Assembly: GCA_002269645.1 (NCBI GenBank)
Contig: NIVC01000266.1
Location: 212,818-276,817, forward strand
Origin: Macrostomum lignano
Taxonomy: Eukaryota
DNA: 64,000 nucleotides
Reading direction: 5' to 3'
Below are positions 53,875 through 64,000 of this stretch, piece by piece. The position numbers were made by a program, and so were the translations under genes. The notes beneath the pieces are model-generated. The model was not told the DNA's origin. It was given only the letters and a program-made list of their open reading frames with translations, and ran no database searches. Within the stretch, counting starts at the first letter, position 1, and each line of letters begins with the position of its first letter.

Positions 53875-54824
53875 CAATGGAGAGTTTACTACTTCTGTTT
53901 GCTACTTCTGGGTCAACTCCAGTGTTTTCCAAAATGAAGTTCTGGCCATCAGCTCCTGCACTGCAGAGCTTCTCGCCACTGGCGTTACTGGTAAGAACAT
54001 CATTTTCCATTCGGACAGCCAAGCTGCCTTGCACGCCATCAGTGGCTGCAGCACCAACTCTGCTACAGTCCTTGACTGTATCAAACTCCTCAATGTGTTG
54101 GGTTCCGCCAACAAAATTACCCTTAAGTGGGTTCCGGGGCATGTGGGGATCCGAGGAAATGAGTTGGCTGACACCCTTGCAAAAGTTGGTGCCTCCGGCT
54201 CCTCTCTCGGCCCCGAACCTCTTGTCCCGATCCCTGGCTGTGTCATCGACTCGCGCATCAAAGCGTGGATCAGGACTCAGCACCGCTCGACTTGGGCGAA
54301 CCGCACGAACTGCAGGCAATCCAGAGGCGCTGTCCCTCAGCCCTCTCACCAGCTCCGGAAGCTCCTCTTGCGCCTCTCGCGCAGAGACATCCGGGCTGCC
54401 ACCATGACCCTCTCTGGTCACGGCTGCTTCTCCAGGCACCAGTACCTGCAGGGCAACGCCACCAACGCCACCTGTAGTTTCTGCAACTCAGGTGACGAAA
54501 CCGCTGAGCATTTCGTCAGCATCTGTCCCGCCTTCACGCGGGCCAGACTCACTTACCTCGGGCCACACACATCTATTACTGAAGCGTGCAAACCCGAAAA
54601 CTTTAATCAGCTCATGCGCTACCTTCGGGCCACCCGCAGGGCTGAACTCTCCTTTCCAGAGAGCACCATAGCTGCTGGCGACACTGGGGGACCTCCCTGG
54701 GCGGCGCCAACCCTCCGTCCATAGCGACGCGTCGGCCGTTCAGGGACTAGCGGAATGGGCGCCCGCGCCTTCCCGCTGTGTCCCCTCCGGGACAGCCCTG
54801 CAGCTAAGTCAAGTAAGTCAAGTC
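53875..54824 (+). mobile_element. 5'-truncated non-LTR retrotransposon (RNase H plus C-terminal CCHC; I/LOA-like), 950 bp, antisense inside the giant gene
   Basis: Open frame 53876-54724 with VFQNEVLAI, HSDSQAAL, WVPGHVGIRGNELADTLAK (RNase H) and CSFC...ETAEHFVSIC. The 3' UTR ends in a TAAGTCAAGTAAGTCAAGTC tail. Confidence 0.93.
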
Positions 54825-55639
54825 TGTTTGCTCTTTTTCATTGCTAGAAAGATGAACTGGAATGTTTCCCTCCGCAAAGAGACCAATTCTAGCCTTGAAT
54901 TCCCACATCGGCTTTCCTTTCTTTACTGTCATACTGAAGTTGCTGTCCGCGAAGTAAACATTTGCACTTTCACCGCTACCGTCTTTCAGCTGGTACTCTA
55001 TGAGCTCGGGATCCGAGATAGCAGTAGTTCTGCAGAGGAACTGGTTGAACTTCAATGATTTCACTACACTTGGCCATCGAAATGTCTCAAAATTTTGTAG
55101 GAACAGCATTCTCCAAGCCAACACTTCCTTGTTCCAAATGAATATTAACAACAATGTTAGACCCACCGTATGAGCAGCAGAATTCCCAACTGAAATTAAG
55201 TGCTTCCTTTTCATTACTGGTAAGGTCACCGACTACTTTCCACAGGAAGTCTCCAGCCTTATTGTTGCAAAGCAAGTGCCGACACTTCAGTTCACTCTCG
55301 AATGGCAAAAGTATGTTGGTAATAGCAGGCTGAAAGTGTTCGGAGTGGGACAGCTTCACTTTTGCATGAGCCTCTGGATCCCTCTGCAGTCGGCTGATGG
55401 CACAGCCCATGCTGCTGGTTACGCTCTGGATTTCATCGCCTACAAATTGGACAAGAGCTCTCTCTGCAGACTTCGACTTGCATTTCATTAAGACGATAAT
55501 ATCCATTAGCTTTCTGTCATGAATTGCCTCAACTTTTTGAACGGATTTTAAATTGAATCTGGGCGAGAGAATTCGTCCAGACATGTAGTACTCCTCTTTG
55601 TACTTCAACGACTTCGACATCATTTCGCCCACCTGACAT

Positions 55640-58600
55640 CTCAGCGTCTCATCAAAAATGTCTTCCATGAGACTCGACGCATCAAGCAGCATTCCATTTT
55701 CAATAAAAATAAAATGTGTCTCAGATCTCTTGCGGTCACTTGCTCCCTTTTTGCCTTTTCTGACGTTTTAAAATTGTTGATGAGACGTCGAACGATGGAA
55801 GCAATTTCGTTGTTGCATAGAGTTCCATCTCTTAGCGGCGCGAACAGGTCAGGAAAGCAGTCCGTTTGCGGATCCAACTTGGGACAGAAAATCTCAATGC
55901 AGCGGTTGCGGAAAGATTCAGACAGCTGAAAGCTGCTACTTCTACCGATTGTTGCTGTGCAGATGAGAGCAAATCCAGGTTTCGGATCGATTCCGCCCTT
56001 CGGTCCGTCAGTGAGAGCCACTTCATGGACGTACAATCGCTGGCCCGACTCGCCAATGGAATTGAGCCTCTCGATCACCTCTGGTCTCGCCGTGGTCAAC
56101 ATTGTCCAGCAGGATCCAGTTACCATTCTTCATCGACTTTTACTAGAGGCCCGTCAACAAACTGAAAGCTGTTTTTGGAGCACTGCCTGACCGGGGAGAG
56201 AAGCCGCCAATGAGGTCGCAGACGTCAGTATCAGCATGAACCGCAACAGTGACCAGCTGCTTGCTGCACCGCCGAGCCAGCTCCGCACTGCGCTGCTCTT
56301 TCCGGAAACTGGAGGTCCTAGTAGAAGTAAGATTTTTACCACTTCCAATCGATTGTTGCAGGAGACGCACGAGTCTGTCGGACGCGTCGCAAGGATTCAG
56401 CCTCTGACTTGAGTGTAAGAAGTCCCCGCGGCTGGTAAAAGCTCTCTTAGCTGTTTCTTCTGGAGACTCGCAAACAGCTAGTTTGCTTATCAGCTCCATG
56501 GGTTTCGGAACTACTGGAAGAACTACATTCGCAGTATACAATACCAAGAGCTTCTTTCACAGTGTTATGCGCGTTCAACAAGCCGACAACCTTTCTACAT
56601 CTCTAAGTTGAATTTACGATCAAAGTGGCCAGACGGCATGCGTGATCTTTACAGCTAGCAACCATTTGCAGTGAAATGAAGCCACTGCTTTCAGTATTCG
56701 GACCAAATTCATTTCGAAACTTTTCGATTATTTCTTGCGTCTCTTTCTCTCCGATGACGTCCACGCTTACTCCGTTTAGCAGCTTTGACAGAGCTGGCGG
56801 GAGCTCCTGGCGTCCTCCGCCAGAACTTGCCGGGTTCATCGCGCACACAAACTGCAGCTGCAATGCGACATGTTATAGAGAACAGAGTTTTACAGATTAC
56901 ACCTTGACTAAACTTTCTGTATACAACTAGGAAACCCTAATGATGAATAACTCAATTTTCTATAATTCAACAGCGTTGTGTCAATTGCTTCTTACCTTTT
57001 TCAGGGAATATTCCTTAGAGTTCACAACCATCTTGTGCCTTTAGGATGCTTCATGATCCCTAAAATAATTTCAGAGAACACTGGCAATCAAGCAAATGAC
57101 ATAAAACGATAAAATGTACTTCTATTAAAAGCGATTTGTTCTGCTTACCAATAATTGTGCTCAGACATTGCTGGGAGCCAAATTAATTTCGTCGAATAAA
57201 ATAAACGGCTCCTTGATATTCATCGGGACTTTTCGGTTTTCTGCCCGCCATTCGAGCAGAGTCGGCCACTGCTGCCTGCTCCAGAATTGCACCCTCTCTG
57301 AATTGAAACGTCATTTTGGTAGCTTTAGTTCCCGAATTCGAGTGCGCCGTTGGAACAAATGACCCAAATAGGTCTTCTTGAGAAAGATCACTAGAGCAGG
57401 AAATTCTGATGAACTTCTTTTGAGAACCGATTCTGCAAAATATCCTCTGATTTGGGTCTTGCCAACTCCCGGAGGTCCAACGAGGTTGACCACTGATTCA
57501 GTGTAATGAGCAATTAGCAAGTGGCTAAGTACTTCTTTTGCCCGCCGGGTTACTGTCAGATTCTGACTCACTCTTTTGAAACTCCTGTTCTGAGAATAGC
57601 GATGCTTCAGACAGAATTTCGTTTGGACTGTCACTTTGTGGAAATTCCTGCTTCAGGGCGAGACTAAAAGGTGATTTGCAACATTTTGGAGGAATTTTTG
57701 CAAATGATGCCATGTTGACTAGGCTCTTCACACTCAGAATTCCATTTGAGAGTTTCAAGGCTTCGCTAAGGCCACGGTCGATGTCTTCCGACAAAGAGGA
57801 AGGGATTGACGATTCTCTGCTCAGGATATCCCGAAAGAAGACTCAGCCTCGCTGCTCTGCTCACATCTGTCAGCTGAGGATCTCGCACATGAATCACTGT
57901 GTACCGCGACCTCATTGAGGGCGAGATGTCTTTGTCCGTTGGCAAAGAGATTGTGGCTATTAGTTTAAAGTTCACGCTCAAAGCGATCGGAGCATCAAAC
58001 TGATGAGGATGAGTAAAGCTGGGCTCTAACTCGGTCACGCTGTTGAGGCACTCAATAACTGCCTGATCAGCAAGGTTAATGTCTCTCAGGAAGGCAATTC
58101 CACCGAAGCGAATATTTCTCATGATTCCCCTCTCACAGAAAGGAAAAATCTGAGATCCGATGAGCAAAGGGACAAGTTTTGCAATGTTTCATGCGCGAAC
58201 GCTGCATCAGAGAGGAGGCATTGCTGAGGACAGCCGATAAAATCAGCTGAGTGCTGCTTCAGTATGTCGCAAAACTGACTTGACTTGCAGCTCTTCCATC
58301 TCTCTACTGCAGGTGATTGCTTGAATGGGGCTGGTAGTTCGTTTGTAAGTCGATTTCTAAGCTTGGAGCAAGTGCTTTCGAAGTACGATGTGCATTTACT
58401 GAAGCTCTTTGCCTTGCTCGGATACCGCGTCATCAGCAACTGTGCAGCTGGATTGGCGCAAGTCTCTTCGAAGGACTCCGCTGAGTGCGGCTCGATCCCG
58501 CCAAACAGATCTCGGGTCTCGGTTAGATCCGACATATACAAAGTAGTCAGTCTGCAAAGCTCAGGAGCACCAAAGTCTACGATTTGAGTCAGGTGGCGCA

Positions 58601-61513
58601 CCATCGTTGCTTTAAAATTCGTCCGGCCTTCGAGCACCACGGGCTCAGCGAAGTGGAGCGCCAGTGCAAGCTTGCAAAGGCTCAGCTGTTCGCTCCTTAT
58701 CATGGGCTGCGGAAGGCTTTTTCTGCAGCGCTTTCAGCTTCACAGACACAGTTGCCGACACAGCTGCATCTCGAAAGAAAATTTCAAAGAGCCAATCGTT
58801 TTCGACGCATCAATTTGCAGTCCAAAACTGCTGCTTGAGGTGGAAATAGGTCCATCAAAACGGCAACGTGTAGCTTCACCTTTTCCAGCCAATTTTCTGC
58901 GCTCAAATCTTCCGTAATGGTGAGTCGTCTCACAAGCTTTAAAAGAGTTCTCAAGGTTGTTGAGTTTTCGATTGGTTGTGGTGACCCTGCAAATATTTAA
59001 CAAGCTCTTGGATTCGAGTTTCTCATCTCCGAGCTTGATAGCTCGCTACTAAAGAGATTTTTTGCCACATTTTTCATGAATGACCTTGCTCCGTGTATAG
59101 TCCTGATAGACTTTTATTTCGCTGCTGGGTTTGTTCTGCTTCATCGAGTCTGCAACAAACATGCTACTTTTCCGTAGAGGATGTCGACGATCTCATCGCG
59201 AGTGTAATCTGGTACCGAGTACTTCACCAGTCTGGCCAGCACAGGTTCTGGAAGGCACTGTCTTCCAACATATTCTGTCGGATTTTGCGTACCACAAGGC
59301 AAACTCCGGGTGAACATCAAGCCATTGTTGTCGAATCGAGCAACGAAATTTGCTGCCACCGCTCAGAAGAGGCGTCAGATAGCTCGTGACTTCGGGCGAT
59401 GCCAAATTAAGCTCGTCCGCAATAAATATGCTTCCTTCTCTCATGGCCTTGCTCAGCGGCCCTTCTTTGAACTTGGCCTTCGTCCATCAGGCAGATAGCA
59501 GCCCATTAGGTCAGTAACAACTGTGTCCTTGTTGAACAGAAATATAACTGGCCTGGCCGCATAGCCTAAATGATTGCTCACTAGCTTTACAAGCGATGTT
59601 TTGCCTACTCCGGAGTGCCCTTCCAGCAGCACGGAATCTTCATTCTGAGGAGAACCATTTAAACAGGCCAGCCAGTTTCTGTCGAGACTCCCAAAGAGTG
59701 TACACTGGACTGTCAAGAATAACATTCTGTGTCCATTCGTGTTTGCATTCTACGGACGACTCAAGCACTAATTCTGCAATGCTTTTAACTACTTGAAACC
59801 AGTCATAAAGAGAATAATTTTTGCCATCTAAAGCGATAGGCTTCTTGGCCAAGTAAGGTTTCCGTTTACGAATTGGGCTATCTTCCCGGATCGAGGCGTA
59901 AATCAGTTTACATTTTATCGTCGAATCTTGTTCGCGCATCGGCAAGTGACGGAACATCAAGTCCAGAATTCTTCGAGCATTGTTTCTGCTCATTCGATTC
60001 GCGATAAAGGATTCGACATCCGAGCTCAATATGTTTTCCGGCACGTCAAATATGACGAAGCGACTGAGGAACGACTGGGCCAACTCGAATAGTTCGTTCT
60101 GACGCTGCTGACTGAATGTGGCGAGCACAAAGAAGCTTGGATCAACCGGCACCATCTTGCCGTCAATTAGATAGCGGCGCTCTGGCCCTGTCTCCAATAG
60201 TGCGTTCAGAGACTCCAAGACTGCCTTTTCTACCAAGTTAATCGACCTTGAGTACCAGGCATTTTCCCTCTTGATAGCTTCGAGCTACTGCGTCCGTCAA
60301 CCCATTGGAATGCGGCTCCTGAATCCTAAAATGAAACATCAAAAATGATTTCAAAGATAAAAAGATAAGGTACTCGTACATGAGTTTTCGAGAGCTACGG
60401 TAAATAAAAAGTACAAAAGCTCACCTGGGGCTGAAACTGTCCCACCAGATCGTCAGTTGATGTTTCAGAATGGCAATAGTATTCCTCAAGTTCGATGTTT
60501 CTCTTCTTTGCCCAAATCCAAATGGCGGTGAATTTTCCGAGAAGCTTTCCCCGACCAGCATGCCGGGGCCTCTTCGTGTCATGACAGAGATCAAGATACT
60601 CCATAGTGTCGCTGTAGGTGCTGAGTACTGCCACTTCGCCAATTCTCAGGTCGGATAGATTTTGGGACACCTGCTTGGGTCCGAATTCCAATTTGCAAAC
60701 TTTCTTGAACAAGCGTATGAGTTTCTTCAGCTTGCGAAGCAGTATTTTCGCTGTGCCGAGAAAAAAGACACATGAGCCGGTTTTGTCACTTCCTCGGGCT
60801 TAGAATTGATAATAATGTCTTGAGCATGCAGCAAATCTCGAAGAGTAACATGCAGTTTATCTTTGAACTTCCTGTAGATTGAAATCAGTTTATCGGCCAT
60901 TTGAGTATTGCCGTCTGAGCATCTGCCTTTTAATATTTTTTTTCGACATCATCATCAGGCAGCTTTGAAAAAGTTAAGCGGACAAAGTGTGGCTCATAAG
61001 AGACTTTGAGAAACGAAGACTGTCGAATCCAAAAACAACGACATTCGAATTTTGACAAAGGAAAAGGCGAAAAGTTCGGGTGGCGTCGGTAGCACAGACA
61101 TCCATTCTCCGCATCTGACTGGCCGGCGATGAGGCTGTCCCGAATTTGCAGCATCCCTGTGTCCAGAACGTCCTCCAAAACCCGCAAAACAGCGTCACTC
61201 GCCAGATTGGCCTCGTCAACAGAAGCCAATAGCCGTCCCTGACTGCTCGGGTAAAGATGCCTGGCTCGAACCGGAACTGCGATCCGGATCCCGAACCAGC
61301 GAATCGAACACTCCCGAGTAGGTCTGCCGCGCTGGTGTGTGGTGACAGGGTAAATCGCAGCAGCGGGCGCCGGAGATGGCAGCGCCAATACCGAACTGAG
61401 AACGTCTTTCCTGTGGCTGGTTCGCCTTCAATAAAGACGGGCATGTTGGAGTTGATCAGCAGTAATAGGCGCTCAACATTTTCTTTGGTCCGGTCAGTAA
61501 ATACGAAGTTCAT
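55640..61513 (-). CDS. MDN1: Six tandem midasin-type AAA+ modules (fragmented)
   Basis: AAA1 about 61513-60950; AAA2 about 60700-59950 (QFQPQ|DSGAAFQWVDG, LESLNALLE); AAA3 about 59700-59150; AAA4 about 58680-57880 (degenerate EGRTNFK, RDINL); AAA5 about 57520-56700; AAA6 about 56350-55850. Confidence 0.85.
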
Positions 61514-63199
61514 TGTTTCGTGCTCTCAACCGCTTGTTTCATGCTTTCTGAAATTTCCGATGGAACACTTCTAGACTTTGTCTTGGCAGTCTTATTCGCA
61601 AGTGATCGTCGAAGAGCTCCTCAACTTCTAGCTCTCTATTTTCGTGGATACTCAGAAAGAGCTCCTGTACAAAATAATTTTCTTGAGGTAGCTTTCCTTG
61701 GAGTTTCAAATGCTTCGTAAGCTTCTCGTGGCTGAACTCAGACATCAGAGTATCCATGTACTTTTTGTCACTCCTTTTCCCTGCTTTGATGAATGGCAGA
61801 AATCTGTTTTTGTCTTTATTTGCTTTAGTTTGTTGTTGCTTTTTCGCAGTCGGCTGTGTAATACCAACAGGTGTGGGTAGCGGTCGACTAGACCTCACGC
61901 TCCACCTATTGCTTTTGCTTTTCTTAGCCACCTGCTGCTCCAGAAACAGTCACCTTTTGATCCACTGAGCCTATGATAATGTCAAGACATCGCGCGTCCA
62001 ACACCTCATCTGGCAAAGCGACCTCATCGGAATCTTGCTTTAACTTCCGGATCTGAATCACTGACTCTTCGGATGGGTTCACCAAATAGTAGGCGTTCTC
62101 GAGAGGATCCGTGGCCAGCCTTATTGGAGCATCGAGTGCTGCTTCACCGGCCTGAGTGACGTCCCAGTCAACAGACAGAGCAATCACATCGGTTTCGCGG
62201 TTAAGCTGTCGACAATACAGCCCTCGGCTTTGAAAATGCATCGATTCGGTCACTCTGGTGACCAAGCGGGCGGTGCATAACTTCCAAACCCGCTGATGCA
62301 GAACGACCATGCGAAGGAGAAGCTCATCATTCAAGTTAACAAAAGACAGCGCCTTTAACATCCGATCGACAATAGATGGTTGGAGTTTGTTCTTTCAGGC
62401 GGTACTAGATAGAATTGCATTCGGTTCGAACTGTCCTTAGCAAATATTGTGCGCGAAATCGGAATTCTCTGAAACCTGATAGTGAAGCACCGATCTCAGG
62501 CTCAACTTGTGCTCTAATCGAAGGTCATGCTGGTCGAAACCAGCTTGATTGTTCTTGTAAACCCTGATTCCAGCCCAGGTGGTGAATCAGAGTGCTTTCG
62601 GTTACTACAGCAAAAACATCGGTGCTAAGCCACACTAGCTTTAGCGCTTTCTCAGCCTGCAACGAGTGCACAGCAACGGGAGACCATGGTGAGCTCGAGG
62701 CAAAGTCGAATACTAGTACTCGATCGGCAGAGTTTCTTCGAACCACAACCGCAAGCCTCGAAGTCGTATCGTTCGGTACGGTGTGAACAATGGCGTCATT
62801 GCCACACTCGGGTATGACGAATCGGCGAAGCGTGTAAGATTCCGGGTCAAAGACAGTCGTGCTAGTTCACTTCAGAGCCCTTCAGTCCCAGAATATCCGG
62901 TAAACTGTACGAACTGTGGATAACGGCCGAAGTCTTCGTGAAGAACACATCGTGCAGTTTATAGTTCTTGTCAGGACCCGTACCACGTCAAGTCTGAAGG
63001 GGAAGTTATCCCCTTCCATGCCTGAGAGCTGGGGAATAAAAGGAGCATTTTCGGGCGTTTCGCTTCTTGCTGCGCAATTTACGATCAAAATTCTATCAAA
63101 TCAGAAATTCAGTCAATGCAGCGAAACTGTGGAAATGTTAAGAGCCTTATTATCCGAAACTAGAGCTAGTTAATTAATTGATGGGTAAGCAGCAAGATG

Positions 63200-64000
63200 A
63201 CTTCACTTCATCCCAGGTCACTGCACCCCATCCCAGGTCACTGCACCCTATTCCAGATCACTGCACTCCATTCCAGATCACTGCACCCCATCCCAGGTCA
63301 CTGCACCCCATTCCAGATCACTGCACCCCATCCCAGGTCACTGCACCCCATCCCAGGTCACTGCACCCCATTCCAGATCACTGCACTCCATTCCAGGTCA
63401 CTGCACTCCATTCCAGGTCACTGCACCCCATCCCAGATCACTGCACCCCATTCCAGGTCACTGCACCCCATCCCAGGTCACTGCACCCCATCCCAGATCA
63501 CTGCACCCCACCCAGGTCACTGCACCCCATCCCAGATCACTGCACCCCATTCCAGGTCACTGCACCCCATCCCAGGTCACTGCCACCCCATCCCAGGTCA
63601 CTACACCCCATCCCAGGTCACTGCACCCCATCCCAGATCACTGCACCCCATTCCAGGTCACTGCACCCCCATCCCAGGGTCACTGCCACCCCATCCCAGG
63701 TCACTGCACCCCATCCCAGATCACTGCACCCCATTTCCAGGTCACTGCACCCCATTCCAGGTCACTGCACCCCATCCCAGGTCACTGCACCCGATCCCAG
63801 GTCACTGCACCCCATCCCAGGTCACTGCACCCCATTCCCAGGTCACTGCACCCCATCCCAGGTCACTGCACCCCATCCCAGGTCACTGCACCCCATTCCA
63901 TCACTGCACCCCATTCCAGGTCACTGCACCCCATCCAGGTCACTGCACCCCATCCAGTCACTGCACCCGATCCCAGGTCACTGCACCCCATCCCAGGTCA
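63200..64000. repeat. 20-bp minisatellite (CCCCATCCCAGGTCACTGCA) with scattered indels
   Basis: Direct reading. Confidence 0.96.

Larger units (their letters stand above)
43300..63100 (-). pseudogene. MDN1: Giant divergent midasin/Rea1-like gene (N-terminal beta-rich region, 6xAAA+, beta-rich linker, acidic region, vWA-like, degenerate MIDAS vWA, helical tail), about 5900-6000 aa if repaired; disrupted in this sequence
   Basis: Colinear same-strand ORF fragments joined by 1-bp frameshifts, short GT-AG introns (60424-60326, 57148-57060, 56995-56927) and a LINE insertion. Walker A motifs GEPATGKT, GHSGVGKT, GPPGVGKT, GPPVSGKS. DEANL/DELNL/DEINL Walker B and LESLNALLE motifs. Pre-MIDAS GKKLSIRG...NKIWLQR. 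Confidence 0.85.

Overview
This is AT/GC-balanced eukaryotic (animal) genomic DNA that is very rich in minisatellites. The short canonical introns, dense tandem arrays and TTAGGG repeat are consistent with a flatworm such as Macrostomum (inference, not verified). Four gene units are supported. (1) Two tandem minus-strand G-protein gamma subunit genes (1452-1725 and 9502-9702). (2) A plus-strand NETO/SOL-2-like CUB-CUB-LDLa-TM gene, rebuilt from 8 exons in one continuous frame (16527-35470, 747 aa); its start codon and one splice acceptor have been amplified into tandem arrays. (3) An orphan single-pass membrane protein (39062-40589). (4) A roughly 20-kb minus-strand giant gene (about 43300-63100) with a midasin/Rea1-type six-AAA ring and midasin-type pre-MIDAS motif, but with a beta-strand-rich linker, an extra vWA-like domain and a degenerate MIDAS motif. 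The giant gene is interrupted by a 950-bp RNase H-bearing LINE fragment whose removal restores the frame, and by many 1-bp frameshifts (pseudogene or assembly error). Other mobile DNA: three tandem 3' ends of the same LINE (1-380), a non-autonomous Helitron-like element (4162-7751) carrying a 23-bp satellite and telomeric repeats, LTR-like remnants, and a LINE tail embedded in a (CAA)n tract. Most long ORFs in the supplied track between 8 and 42 kb are tandem-repeat artefacts.
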